Assembly (NCBI RefSeq): GCF_016903815.1 | Contig: NZ_CP069974.1 | DNA: 64,000 nt | Reading direction: 5' to 3' (one strand) | Source of the DNA: Escherichia coli | GTDB taxonomy: Bacteria; Pseudomonadota; Gammaproteobacteria; Enterobacterales; Enterobacteriaceae | Shown here: piece by piece, positions 11,532 through 21,683 of the stretch | Layout: each line of letters starts with the position of its first letter | How positions within the stretch are numbered: position 1 is the stretch's first letter | Program-made: the position numbers and the translations under genes | Notes under the pieces: model-generated | Databases searched by the model: none | The model's input: the letters and a program-made list of their open reading frames with translations, nothing else | Told to the model about the DNA's origin: nothing

Positions 11532-12084
11532 CGTCTGTTTCCCCGAAATTATCCAGCCAGGTCACCCCGTTTTCCCGCTTCAGAATAAGGATGTAATGTT
11601 TGATATCAGTGAAAGGTTTTGAATCACCAATCCAGGTTTTAAGCACACCACGAATTTCCACACGGCCATACTGAGGCCAGACACGAACACTGGTCTGGAA
11701 AAAGGCTGAGTTCACGTTATCGTTTTTAATACGCTTCGCTTCTTCAGCCAGAATAACTTTCATCTGGTTCTGTGCGCCCGGGCGGATATATTTCAGAAGC
11801 GCCTGATGTGAGGCATCGACGGTTTCTGATGAAACATTCAGACGGAGGGCAATAAATGACAGCGCCATCTGCTGTAAATAAGAGGCGTCGGCACTGTTCT
11901 GTGACACGGCAAAGGGGGCATTAAATGCCATTGGCGTCACGGCAGTGCGTTGCTCATTCTGAAGACGGTAGTTATTCACCCCCTGAATGACGTTAACAGA
12001 GAGGCTGAGAACAATAAGCACTGACATAAATATAAAGGCGATGGCCATTACACGACTGGTACTTAAACGGGCACCGTGTTCCAT
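11518..12084 (-). CDS. traE: TraE
   Basis: 188 aa with an N-terminal TM segment, colinear with F TraE. Confidence 0.9.
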   Translation of the reverse strand: MEHGARLSTSRVMAIAFIFMSVLIVLSLSVNVIQGVNNYRLQNEQRTAVTPMAFNAPFAVSQNSADASYLQQMALSFIALRLNVSSETVDASHQALLKYIRPGAQNQMKVILAEEAKRIKNDNVNSAFFQTSVRVWPQYGRVEIRGVLKTWIGDSKPFTDIKHYILILKRENGVTWLDNFGETDDEKK

Positions 12085-12105
12085 ATAACAATCCTGGTAT
12101 CAGTT

Positions 12106-12417
12106 CTATTTAACCCACTGCCGGAAACACGAATCGGGAACATTATGAAAAATACCGCGCAGCAGGGCTGTTGGCATATACCAGTAAATCAGGTCTCGTA
12201 ACCAGGAACTGCCCCGCCCTTTTTTCAGTTTTTTAATCCCGAAATAAACCAGAACCGCTGCACCAATACCGAACAGATATTTTGATGTTGTGATACCCCA
12301 GCCAATACAGATTGCGGCGGGGATCAGTTCATCCAGTGGCAGGCCAAACCAGCGGCTCTGGTTGGTCAGTGTTTCCGGGAAACGATATTTCTTAAGTTTA
12401 TTCTCGTCTCCCGACAT
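12106..12417 (-). CDS. traL: TraL
   Basis: 103 aa [30 protein letters not shown]..., matching F TraL. Confidence 0.9.
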
Positions 12418-12421
12418 CGTT

Positions 12422-12784
12422 TTATTTCAGGCCAACGACGGCCATACCCACAGCAATAAATACAGAGATGATGGCAAAACCGGCCAGGAACTTGACGTTT
12501 TTGGTCATCATGTACATGACCGCACCGACCAGAACTTCAGCCAGAACAACCCATTTAACAACACTGGAGTCCTTACCGAAGGTCGCCTTAACCGTGGTGT
12601 TACCGCTTGCCATCAGGTCCTGGCCCTGTGCTGCCATTGCCAGTTGCGGGAAGAACATCATCAGAACAGCAGCAGGGATCACAGCGCGAGCCAGGCGAAG
12701 CATATTCAGACGAGTGAATTTAGAAAAAAACGATTTCTTTTTGACGGGCGCAGAAGCACCCTGAACACTTAAAAAGGCGTCCAT
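12422..12784 (-). CDS. traA: TraA propilin
   Basis: 120 aa with a long leader ending ...QLAMAA, followed by a pilin core ...[55 protein letters not shown]. Confidence 0.92.
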
Positions 12785-12817
12785 ATGATTCCTCTGTTTA
12801 ATATTGATAGATAAAAA

Positions 12818-13045
12818 CTAAAGTTCTTTAAATGTTGACTCGTTCTCTTCGATCACCTCCCTGAATATTTCTTCATTATAGAAATCAGGAAACCGTTTCA
12901 GATGATCTCTGAGACGGATCTGAACCTCTATAGTTTTACTTCTACCGCTACGATCTTTGGCCCGAATAAGTCGGTTATTTGTATCTTCATCGAGATACAC
13001 TGAGACTGTTCTGCTTATCCCGCCTCTCGCGTTACGCCTCCTCAC
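12818..13045 (-). CDS. traY: TraY (ribbon-helix-helix, R100-type 75 aa)
   Basis: 75 aa MRRRNARGGISRTVSVYLDEDTNNRLIRAKDRSGRSKT..., positioned between traJ and traA. Confidence 0.85.
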   Translation of the reverse strand: MRRRNARGGISRTVSVYLDEDTNNRLIRAKDRSGRSKTIEVQIRLRDHLKRFPDFYNEEIFREVIEENESTFKEL

Positions 13046-13132
13046 TCAATTCACCTCTGTTTCCTGACCAATAAAATCATGATTGCACAGAAATGGCCTG
13101 TCGAAAATGGGCCCAAAACGAGCCCTGCTTTA

Positions 13133-13810
13133 TTACATTTTTTTAACACCCATATATTCACTCAAAACATTTAATATTTCGTACATTACACCTGTCTTAA
13201 TACATTTATTCCTGAACAAATCGAAGGAACCCAATCTTTTATTGATATCCGCATTAATCTTTTTAATCCTTTTTTTAGAAGCCACTTCTGTGATTTTTAA
13301 TTCTTTAGCTATATTTATATGTTTATACCCTAATGCATAGAAACAAAAAACAACCAATGATTTTGCTGTCATATTCGATATAACAGACTGTACATAGCTA
13401 TCACGATGATAATAATTTTCTTTTTCCACACGAAAGAATGGATAGTCAGGAAATATATTAATTTGCCATAGAACAACAGATTCTTCATTATAAAATGAAA
13501 CATTTTCCATCCTTATTTGATAGATTTCTCCATGAAAATTAAAACGACGACAAAATGCGGAACCATGCCCAAGAGACTGGCATTCAAGCTCAAGTGATGA
13601 AAGAAAAATTTCAACCTGCAGACGTACATAACTTTCACCAGAGAAGGGTTTATCTTCTTTGGAAAAGAGTTCAATAAAGGCCCCATTGGCATAAAGGATT
13701 TTCCTTTTTTTGTTACGGACACAAACAGGAACAGGAGAATTCCTGTAGATATTTTGAACGTTAAGAATGTATTTATTTACAGATTGACTGTTAAGTGGCC
13801 TTTCTCTCAT
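13133..13810 (-). CDS. traJ: TraJ transfer activator (R100-like N-terminal part)
   Basis: 225 aa. The [32 protein letters not shown]... segment resembles R100 TraJ (from memory). AT-rich gene between traM and traY. Confidence 0.8.
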   Translation of the reverse strand: MRERPLNSQSVNKYILNVQNIYRNSPVPVCVRNKKRKILYANGAFIELFSKEDKPFSGESYVRLQVEIFLSSLELECQSLGHGSAFCRRFNFHGEIYQIRMENVSFYNEESVVLWQINIFPDYPFFRVEKENYYHRDSYVQSVISNMTAKSLVVFCFYALGYKHINIAKELKITEVASKKRIKKINADINKRLGSFDLFRNKCIKTGVMYEILNVLSEYMGVKKM

Positions 13811-13943
13811 CGGCGATTTTTAATATCAAGTTTTAACGTGGCATTAACCACATAATTAATATAACCTTTATGCGGTTAATTGTCATCAAATTGAACCAGA
13901 TCAAAATCCTGTTATTTGAAGCAAATCAACTTTTAATTCTTTT

Positions 13944-14327
13944 TTAACCCTCATCATTTTCTGGAAAGAACCTCTCCATCTCAGATGACACCTTCTCCCT
14001 GATATCTTCGACCATATTCGCATATTCAAACTTTGGATTTCCGGAGACATGAGGACTGAGAGACTCAATACCCAAAATTTTCGCTACTGATGATTGTGTT
14101 TTTACAACGCATTCAAGAAGCAATTTATTAAACTCAGTCTGATTAAATGCAGACTCTTTACGCTCCATCTGAGTCTCATATACACGAAGCCCTAATTCGA
14201 GAAGCATAGTGGATATGCTTGAGAAACTTACATCTGTACTTTTAGCTCCTTCTGCACGTCTTCTTTCCACAATTTTATTTATTTTATAGACAATTTCGTC
14301 ACTGACATAAGCCTGCACTTTCGCCAT
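13944..14327 (-). CDS. traM: TraM relaxosome accessory protein
   Basis: 127 aa MAKVQAYVSDEIVYKINKIVERRRAEGAKSTDVSFSSISTMLLELGLRVYE..., matching TraM. Confidence 0.92.
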   Translation of the reverse strand: MAKVQAYVSDEIVYKINKIVERRRAEGAKSTDVSFSSISTMLLELGLRVYETQMERKESAFNQTEFNKLLLECVVKTQSSVAKILGIESLSPHVSGNPKFEYANMVEDIREKVSSEMERFFPENDEG

Positions 14328-14329
14328 AT

Positions 14330-14750
14330 GTATACCTCTTTATTTTCTTATCGCATCAAATTTATTTCACATATAAAAAAAAGACAATTCATCGATGAAT
14401 CGAATCGTGACGCAAGTTACGAAAATTACGATTCATGCAGCAAATCACATCACGAATTGAATCTAGAGTCAATTCGCTTTAACTCGTTGTTTTATTATTA
14501 CTGATTCATCTATGAGTTGTGTTAAATTCATTGGTGAATCATATGCGATTCACCAATGAATCCTTTTTATAATGTAAAATAAATTAAAATACATTATTTA
14601 AAACATAAGTTAATGATTCAAGTAGCAAATCAGCAAAAACTTGTTTTTGCGTAGTGTGTGGTGCTTTTGGTGGTGAGAACCACCAACCTGTTGAGCCTTT
14701 TTGTGGAGTGGGTTAAATTATTTACGGATAAAGTCACCAGAGGTGGAAAA
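14330..14750 (+). other. oriT: oriT (nic region, TraM/TraY/IHF binding region)
   Basis: GTAGTGTGT/GGTGCTTTTGGTGG at 14651-14673 is the R100/F-type nic sequence, with the predicted nick between 14659 and 14660 on the + strand. Inverted repeat TTGGTGGTGAGAACCACCAA at 14667-14686. TraM-type palindrome ATTCATTGGTGAATC-N6-GATTCACCAATGAAT at 14526-14561. Confidence 0.85.
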
Positions 14751-15260
14751 ATGAAAAAATGGATGTTAGCCATCTGCCTGATGTTTATAAATGAGATCTG
14801 CCAAGCCACTGATTGCTTTGATCTTGCAGGCCGGGATTACAAAATAGATCCTGATTTACTGAGAGCAATATCATGGCAAGAATCCCGTTACCGGGTTAAT
14901 GCCATCGGTATTAATCCGGTAACGGGATATGGCAGCGGACTGATGCAGGTAGATTCCCAGCATTTTAACGAACTGGCCCGCTACGGAATTAAGCCAGAAC
15001 ATCTGACAACAGATCCCTGCATGAACATTTATACCGGTGCTTATTATCTGGCAATAGCATTTAAAAAATGGGGCGTCACCTGGGAGGCCGTTGGTGCATA
15101 CAATGCCGGATTCAGGAAAACCGAACGCCAGAACCAGAGACGTCTTGCCTACGCATCAGATGTTTACCGGATTTATACCGGGATAAAAAGCAGTAAAGGT
15201 ATCCGGCTTCCGGCCACGAAGAAATCACTTCCGGAAATTAACAGCGTGCAGAACAATTAA
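14751..15260 (+). CDS. ORF169 / gene X lytic transglycosylase (P19 family)
   Basis: 169 aa [23 protein letters not shown]... with the SLT motif ISWQESRY. The track ORF starts at 14658 but that extension crosses the nic site. RBS GAGGTGG lies before 14751. Confidence 0.88.
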   Translation: MKKWMLAICLMFINEICQATDCFDLAGRDYKIDPDLLRAISWQESRYRVNAIGINPVTGYGSGLMQVDSQHFNELARYGIKPEHLTTDPCMNIYTGAYYLAIAFKKWGVTWEAVGAYNAGFRKTERQNQRRLAYASDVYRIYTGIKSSKGIRLPATKKSLPEINSVQNN

Positions 15261-15507
15261 TCTTACAGACATTGTCAGATACCGGTTATGCCGCAAAAGC
15301 GGCATGGAAGGCCACACACAAAAATATCATATGAGTGACAATACTGACTGGCCGAAGCCCCGCGAAGCGGGAACCCATCTTATATATACCCGGTAACTGC
15401 GCAGCCTCCTGCCAGACCATTTTTCGCAGGCACAATATTTACAGACAACCGGAAAGCCGGTTGATGAAATTGAGGTATATCAGACGACACAGCAATGCCG
15501 AAAAATG

Positions 15508-15557
15508 ATAATATAAGTAAAGCCCCGAAAATTTTTTCGGGGCTTTACTTATATTAT
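15508..15557. terminator. bidirectional hairpin between convergent orf169 and yubP
   Basis: Near-perfect palindrome ATAATATAAGTAAAGCCCCGAAAA/TTTTTTCGGGGCTTTACTTATATTAT with a GC core stem and flanking A/T runs. Confidence 0.7.
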
Positions 15558-16378
15558 CATGACTTCCACTTTCTGAACTGTTCGGCAATCACCCATAACG
15601 CCTTGTTGATTCTTATATCACCATCAATACCTGTAATGGCTCTTGTCCTGGTATTTTTCCCGGAGGCACTTCGCCCCGATAATCCACCTTTTATCATATT
15701 CTCCTGAACCCGCTGCCAGGTTGTCCAGAGATCGTTCTGTTTGTCTTCCCGACGACGGGGAGTAATTATCTGTTCAGGTGTCACTGGCGTTTTATTTTCA
15801 TCTTCATACCTGACCATCAGTGCAGCTCTGCCAAATAAATGTTGCTCGTCACTGTTAAGATGAATTTCTTTCATCGCCTCCATATTATCAGTGACCTTAT
15901 CAAAGACACCGAGCACTTCATACGCTCCCTCGATAACCTGCCCGACAATATCACCTTTATGTGGAACGCGGATTTCGCCAAAATTATTTCCGCACACCAG
16001 GCCATTTGTGCAGACAAAACGAAAAATTCCGGGGATCATCTGATAACTGGATGAACCATCATGTGAATTAAGCAGGATAATTTCAGGAACTTCCTGTCCG
16101 TTAATATGCCCTTCCCTGCGAAGACGTAACATATGTTTACTGTATTCGCGACGTCCCAAATCACGAACCCGACTCTGACAGGCAAAGAATGGCTGGAAAC
16201 CTTCATCACGTAACTTATTGATGATATTGATTGTTGGAATATACGTATAACGTTCACTCCGGGACTCATGTTTATCACCGGAAAATACCGAAGGCACGAA
16301 CTGCATTAATTCATCATCCGTTAAAGGACGTTCACGGCGGATGGAATTATACCGACCAAAACGGGAAGCTAATCGCAT
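15557..16378 (-). CDS. yubP: YubP-like DUF932 protein (F ORF273)
   Basis: 273 aa from MRLASRFGRYNSIRRERPLTDDELMQFVPSVF.... The track ORF extends 27 codons further upstream. Position next to orf169 matches F. Confidence 0.75.
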   Translation of the reverse strand: MRLASRFGRYNSIRRERPLTDDELMQFVPSVFSGDKHESRSERYTYIPTINIINKLRDEGFQPFFACQSRVRDLGRREYSKHMLRLRREGHINGQEVPEIILLNSHDGSSSYQMIPGIFRFVCTNGLVCGNNFGEIRVPHKGDIVGQVIEGAYEVLGVFDKVTDNMEAMKEIHLNSDEQHLFGRAALMVRYEDENKTPVTPEQIITPRRREDKQNDLWTTWQRVQENMIKGGLSGRSASGKNTRTRAITGIDGDIRINKALWVIAEQFRKWKS

Positions 16379-16496
16379 AACAGCTACTCCTTTATGAAAG
16401 AATAAATTTAATAAAAAATTTTTCCGCTTAATATCATCCCCCCCGATCTCCATTAACAAGATTGCAACAATCAGGAGGGGTATTCATCACATCCGG

Positions 16497-16784
16497 TCAG
16501 CAGATCGCCCGGATATCGAGGCCGGCACGCTTAATCTGACGCAGGAACTGTTTGAAGTGATCGGCTTCCGCAATGTTGATATGGCGGAACTGCTTATCCA
16601 CACCCTGACTGAGCGCGTAGCTATAACTGAAGGCCATCTTTTCCGGGTGGCTTTTGCGATATTTTTTCAGCTCAGTCAGGCTGCTGAATTCCAGGACGTC
16701 CCACTCTTCCCCGGTGTTTTTTTTCTTCCCGGCAACAAGAAGCGTGTACGACGCGGTGTTAACGTGGATATTTCGGGTACTCAT
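16497..16784 (-). CDS. yubO: YubO-like 95-aa leading-region protein
   Basis: 95-aa ORF with RBS GAGAGGAGAAAGCAGG before the ATG, immediately downstream (minus sense) of repeat A1. Confidence 0.65.
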   Translation of the reverse strand: MSTRNIHVNTASYTLLVAGKKKNTGEEWDVLEFSSLTELKKYRKSHPEKMAFSYSYALSQGVDKQFRHINIAEADHFKQFLRQIKRAGLDIRAIC

Positions 16785-16804
16785 CCTGCTTTCTCCTCTC
16801 TCTG

Positions 16805-17392
16805 GTTTTCAGCCCCCATCATCTGTTGAGTTTCGGGAGCCGCGGTTTTGACGTTTTGCGGGGACCTGCCTTTTGTTCCCTCCGGTATTCACCATCACCT
16901 TTTTGAGAACCTTCGCCGCAAGGGGCATCACTGCCACGGACGGAAACGACTGTCCGGGGGCAGACCGCAAAAGTTTTTGCCTGCTTCTGGGCAAAAAGTT
17001 TTGCGGGATGTGCATTTCACCCCTGGACTGGCGGAGACGGTTGTGGCTGTCTTTGCCCCCGGCGACAGGGGCTTAAACAGGTGAATGGCACCGGACAGAA
17101 CAACGGGCAGGGACCCGCCGCAACGACGTGAAGCGCGGTTTGCGAAACGGCGTTGCCCCTTACATCCCGGCGGTCTTTTGCCGGGATGCCAGGAGCGCAG
17201 GCCACGGCGCGACAGAGGCGGCGCGACCGGAACGGTCGCTGCAAGCCAGGGGTTTTCACGCATCGGACCGTAGCGACAGCCCGAAACCGCGCCAGCGGGT
17301 TCGGCGGAGACTGGCAGGTGCGCCAGCAGCTGCCTGTCGGAGTCGGGCCTGACGACCGGATGCCGCCAGGCAGCCGGGAGCCGAAGGTGCGC
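16805..17392 (-). promoter_or_regulatory. GC-rich leading-region hairpin repeat, copy A1 (Frpo/ssi-like)
   Basis: About 590 nt, nearly identical to 28590-29177 and diverged from 34284-34848. Outer arms 16840-16870 / 17106-17138 enclose an inner 17-bp hairpin at 16965-17006. Overlapping ORFs on both strands are taken as non-coding. Confidence 0.6.
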
Positions 17393-19735
17393 GTGCGACA
17401 GGAAGTCGCTTAACGTATTGTTTTACATTGATAAAACCAGCTATCCCATTAGCTGTAGCCTACCGGGACAGGCGTTGCCGGCAACGGCGGGGTCTGAAGC
17501 TCCCGGGACAACGAGAGCCGGGCGTCAGCCCGGGTAATGCCCCGTGAGGGGCTTTACCTTGCTGCAAGCATCATGCGGCAGGAGAGCAAGGCTGGTCAGA
17601 AGGGTTAACACATGTGAACTGTTGATAAACACCGTTATCGGCAACAGGCCAAAGATGCTGACAGGCCTGAACCAAAAGGTACGGGGTCCGGTTGCTACCT
17701 CGCGCACAGGGAGCACATGGGCGCAGAGACCCCCGGTGAAGAGACAGAACCCGCCCTGACCCTCTGTATGTTAAGCGGAACCTGGTAAACCCGTATCGCT
17801 GCCTCACAGGCAGGTGAACCGCAAGGAACACTGTTAGCGGTGCGGGCATAGGAGGACGGAAAAAGCGAATGCCCGGCTGTAATAACCGGGATACGGGGCA
17901 GGTTCCCCGACGCGAAAGCGGGCAGACTTCCGTCTGGTCTTTAATTGCATGAAAAGCTGTAAAGCAGTCAAAAGGATATCAGCGAGATGAATACACACAT
18001 CAGTGTGTCCACGATACCCCACCCGACAGGCTGGCACACCATAAACTGGAAAGCATGCCATGCCCGGGTGCGAAAGCTACAGTTACGGATTGCAAAGGCA
18101 ACCCGACAGCAACAATGGCGGCAGGTCAGAGAACTACAGCGCATCCTCACCCGCTCATTCTCCGGCAAAGCCGTGGCTGTCAGGCGTGTAACTGAAAATA
18201 CCGGTAAAAGGACACCCGGTATTGACGGAAAAATATGGCACACACCGAAGGAGAAATGGGAAGGAATATGCAGCCTGAATCTGTGTGGTTACAGGCCACA
18301 GCCACTACGGCGAATACATATCCCAAAATCAAACGGCAAAACGCGACCGCTGGGCATACCCACAATGAGGGACCGGGCCATGCAGGCACTGTGGCTGCTG
18401 GCTCTGGAACCCGTATCCGAGACCACTGCTGACCATAACAGCTATGGTTTCAGACCAATGCGCAGCACGCATGACGCCATTGAGTCCATTTTTCTGCGGA
18501 TGAGCCAGAAAGTATCGCCCAAATGGATACTGGAGGGCGATATTAAAGGGTGCTTCGATAACATCAGCCATGACTGGCTGCTTTCCCATATTCCGATGGA
18601 CAGGAGACTGCTTAAAAAATGGTTGAAAGCAGGTTACATGGAAAGAGGCGTGTTTAACCATACGAACAGCGGGACACCGCAGGGAGGCATCATATCCCCT
18701 GTTCTCGCCAACATGGCTCTGGACGGACTGGAGAAGGAACTGATGCAAACGTTCAGGAAAAGTGGTTATCACAGTGCAAAGCACCAGGTGAATTATGTGA
18801 GATATGCTGATGATTTCATCTGTTCAGGCAGCTCCCGTGAATTGCTGGAAAATGAGGTCAGACCACTGATTGCAGCTTTCATGCGCGAACGAGGGCTGGA
18901 ACTGTCGGAAGAAAAAACAGCGATCACACATATAGATAAAGGCTTCGACTTTTTAGGGCAGAACGTCAGGAAGTACAACGGTAAAATGCTGATTAAACCG
19001 TCGAAGAAAAACCTGAAGAACTTCCTCTGTAAAGTCAGAGAAATAATTAAACGCAATCCGACGCTCCCGGCATGGAAACTGATAGGCCAGCTAAACCCGG
19101 TGATCCGGGGATGGGCTACCTATCACCGACACGTCGTGGCGAAAGAAACATTTAATTATGTCGACACCCAAATCTGGCGAGCTATATGGCGATGGTGTGT
19201 AAGACGGCATCCCCGGAAAGGATTGCGGTGGATCGCCGGACGATACTTCTCCTTTGAAGGCAGGCGCTGGATCTTTAAAGCCATAACCCCGGAAGGGAAA
19301 ATTCTGACACTCTTCCGGGCAATGGAAACACCGATAAAGCGCCATATAAAAATCAAAGGCGAAGCAACACCATACACCCCCGGAATGGAAATCTACTTTG
19401 AACGTCGTCTGGATCTAATCTGGAAAGGCAAATCAAAGAAGATGAAGACAGTAGTTCAACTCTGGAAGAGGCAGGGGAAACACTGTCCGCAGTGCGGACA
19501 ACTCATAACCAACCAGACCGGATGGAATATACATCACCGGATCAGGAAAGTTATGGGCGGCAGTGACGAACTGACCAATCTCGAGTTGTTACATCCGAAC
19601 TGCCACCGACAGTTACACAGCAGGGAAGCCGGTGCTCACCGAAAGCACTTATAAAGGCTTGAGCGGAGTGCGGGGAAACTCGCACGCTCCGTTCTTAGGG
19701 GGCGGCGGCGCAGCAATGTGCCGCTGCTACCCGAC
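17393..19735 (+). mobile_element. group II intron, type 1, copy 1
   Basis: 5' end GTGCGACAGGAAGTCGC (an alternative GTGCGC lies 6 nt upstream). Domain IV ORF encodes RT-maturase-HNH. Domain V GAGCGGAGTGCGGGGAAACTCGCACGCTCCGTTC at 19661-19694. Domain VI has a bulged A 7 nt from the 3' end ...CTACCCGAC. Confidence 0.85.
17987..19654 (+). CDS. group II intron-encoded protein (RT, maturase X, HNH endonuclease)
   Basis: 555 aa with RT motifs TPQGGIISPVLAN and YVRYADDF. C-terminal CPQCG...HHRIRKVMGGSDELTNLELLHPNCHRQLH is HNH-like. Confidence 0.9.
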   Translation: MNTHISVSTIPHPTGWHTINWKACHARVRKLQLRIAKATRQQQWRQVRELQRILTRSFSGKAVAVRRVTENTGKRTPGIDGKIWHTPKEKWEGICSLNLCGYRPQPLRRIHIPKSNGKTRPLGIPTMRDRAMQALWLLALEPVSETTADHNSYGFRPMRSTHDAIESIFLRMSQKVSPKWILEGDIKGCFDNISHDWLLSHIPMDRRLLKKWLKAGYMERGVFNHTNSGTPQGGIISPVLANMALDGLEKELMQTFRKSGYHSAKHQVNYVRYADDFICSGSSRELLENEVRPLIAAFMRERGLELSEEKTAITHIDKGFDFLGQNVRKYNGKMLIKPSKKNLKNFLCKVREIIKRNPTLPAWKLIGQLNPVIRGWATYHRHVVAKETFNYVDTQIWRAIWRWCVRRHPRKGLRWIAGRYFSFEGRRWIFKAITPEGKILTLFRAMETPIKRHIKIKGEATPYTPGMEIYFERRLDLIWKGKSKKMKTVVQLWKRQGKHCPQCGQLITNQTGWNIHHRIRKVMGGSDELTNLELLHPNCHRQLHSREAGAHRKHL

Positions 19736-20048
19736 CCGGCAGACAGGACAACACTGCAGTAGTCAGAATCAGAGCAGGAAGAAAAAGAGAATAATCACAG
19801 GGAAGGTGATGTGATTTCTGACAGGCCATAACCAGAGAAGGCGGGGGAAAAGAACGGGCGCCGCAGGCGCGCGTTCATCCCCGTTCCTGAAGGGAAACGA
19901 CCTTCCTGAAGTCAGGTTGTTCATGCCCGTACAACATCAGCAAGGAGAAAGGGGCTACCGGCGAACCAGCAGCCCCTTTATAAAGGCGCTTCAGTAGTCA
20001 GACCAGCATCAGTCCTGAAAAGGCGGGCCTGCGCCCGCCTCCAGGTTG

Positions 20049-20207
20049 CTACTTACCGGATTCGTAAGCCATGAAAGCCGCCACCTCTCTGTGTCCGTCT
20101 CTGTAACGAATCTCGCACAGCGATTTTCGTGTCAGATAAGTGAATATCAACAGTGTGAGACACACGATCAACACACACCAGACAAGGGAACTTCGTGGTA
20201 GTTTCAT
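20049..20207 (-). CDS. hok: Hok-family membrane toxin
   Basis: 52 aa [52 protein letters not shown]. Track ORF 20049-20351 is a chimera reading in from IS150. Confidence 0.92.
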   Translation of the reverse strand: MKLPRSSLVWCVLIVCLTLLIFTYLTRKSLCEIRYRDGHREVAAFMAYESGK

Positions 20208-20265
20208 GGCCTTCTTCTCCTTGCGCAAAGCGCGGTAAGAGGCTATCCTGATGTGGACTAGACAT
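20053..20265 (-). CDS. mok: Mok (modulator of killing) overlapping reading frame
   Basis: 70-aa [24 protein letters not shown]... overlapping hok as in R1 parB. Its start is 22 nt from the IS150 end. Confidence 0.7.
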   Translation of the reverse strand: MSSPHQDSLLPRFAQGEEGHETTTKFPCLVCVDRVSHTVDIHLSDTKIAVRDSLQRRTQRGGGFHGLRIR

Positions 20266-20313
20266 AGGGATGCCTCGTGGTGGTTAATGTACTGACCCCA
20301 AAAAGTTGGACAG

Positions 20314-21165
20314 TTAAACACGAGGCATATAGGTCTGATTCCGATATTCAATTGGAGTCAGACCTTTTAATTTCAGGCTAATTCTTCTGCTGTTGTAGTA
20401 TTCAATATATTCCGTAACAGCATCCTTCAGTTCGCTTATATTACTGAACTCATCAAGATAAAAACACTCCGACTTTAAGGTTCCAAAGAAACACTCCACC
20501 ACAGCATTATCCAGACAATTGCCTTTTCTGGACATGCTTTGTTTAATACCATGTTCTTTAAGGATATTTTGATATCTTCTCATACGATACTGCCATCCCT
20601 GGTCAGAGTGCAGAACAGGATGCTCGTGAGGATTAAGCTTTTTGAATGCCTGATCGAGCATATTCTCAACCATGTTCATCACTGGTCTTTCCGAAAGGCT
20701 GTAAGAAATAACTTCGTTGTTGAAGAGATCTATTACTGGAGACAAATACAGCTTGCGCCCATTGACTGCAAATTCAGTAACATCGGTAACCCACTTCTCG
20801 TTTGGCCGCGTAGCCTTGAAATCTCTTTGGAGAACATTAGGGGCGGTTTGCCCTACCTCTCCTCTGTAAGAGCGGTATCGCTTGACCTTAATCGCTGCTT
20901 TAAGTGAGAGGGTTCCCATCAGGCGCTGAACAGCTTTATGGTTAATCTGTTTCCCTTCTCGATGAAGAGACAGCGTTACCCTACGGTATCCGTATCGGCC
21001 TCTATTCTCGTGATAAATCTCACTAATACGCTTTTTAACGTCCGCATACTTGTCAGGCTTGCTGAGAGCCTTTAGATGATAATAAAACGTACTGCGCGGT
21101 ATCTCCGCAGCCCTGAGAAGCTCATCAAGAGGATAAAACTGCCTTAGCTCGTTGAGTACTTTCAC
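20314..21165 (-). CDS. insB: IS150 OrfB (DDE integrase domain)
   Basis: 283 aa with an IS3-family integrase core ...HSDQGWQY...[12 protein letters not shown].... Confidence 0.9.
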
Positions 21166-21683
21166 TTTTTCGTGGGATGAGCTAAGGCTTTCAGCTTTTT
21201 TAGATACATAAGCCGCGTTTCAAGAAATCGAACTTGCCTTTCAAGATCCTCAATGCGTCGGTCTTTTGACAGCTCCAATGCTGATGCCGCTTTTTCTGGA
21301 TCAACTGATATTGCAATGTTTCTTTTGGTGCCAATCTTGAGCGCGCGTAAACCAGCTTCTCCGCGCTCTTCATAGACCTTCAGCCACCTGGCTACAGAAC
21401 CACTACCAGCAAGCATAAAGTGAGCAGCAGCCTGATTAAGGGACATGTGCTGCTCGATCACAGCTTTCACGACCTTAATACGCAACTCTGGATCAGCACT
21501 AACGCCTTTAGGTTTGGGAATTAAACCTTTTTCTCCATGTTTTTCATAGAGGGCAACCCATGTCCTGACCTGGGTTCGGGGGACACCAAAACGTGCCGAG
21601 ATGATCCTGTAACCATCATCAGTTGTGAAGTAGTGATTCACGACTTCAAGGCGCTTTTCAAAAGGGTATTTTGGCTTTGACAT
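21162..21683 (-). CDS. insA: IS150 OrfA (HTH)
   Basis: 173 aa MSKPKYPFEKRLEVVNHYFTTDDGYRIISARFGVPRTQVRTWV..., overlapping orfB as expected for -1 frameshifting. Confidence 0.9.
   Translation of the reverse strand: MSKPKYPFEKRLEVVNHYFTTDDGYRIISARFGVPRTQVRTWVALYEKHGEKGLIPKPKGVSADPELRIKVVKAVIEQHMSLNQAAAHFMLAGSGSVARWLKVYEERGEAGLRALKIGTKRNIAISVDPEKAASALELSKDRRIEDLERQVRFLETRLMYLKKLKALAHPTKK

Noticed and set aside
13811-13943. Expected finP antisense RNA gene in the traJ leader
   Set aside because: By analogy with F/R100 it should be here on the + strand. However, I could not delineate the two stem-loops, promoter or terminator convincingly in this traJ allele, so it is not reported as a feature.
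14658-14750. N-terminal extension of the orf169 track ORF across oriT
   Set aside because: The extension begins at the nic site and has no RBS. The canonical 169-aa protein starts at 14751 with a signal peptide and a good RBS.
16809-17413. Cluster of overlapping 60-110-aa ORFs on both strands, repeated at 28594-29198 and 34307-34869
   Set aside because: They sit in GC-rich repeat DNA, overlap each other in several frames, are Arg/Pro/Gly-rich and have no RBS. A3 differs by changes that preserve hairpins rather than codons. They are interpreted as structured non-coding DNA.
17987-19654. Whether the reverse transcriptases could be retron or DGR components
   Set aside because: Each RT ORF is embedded between a GTGCG 5' end and canonical domains V and VI, and carries maturase and HNH regions. 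No msr/msd-like or TR/VR repeats were seen.
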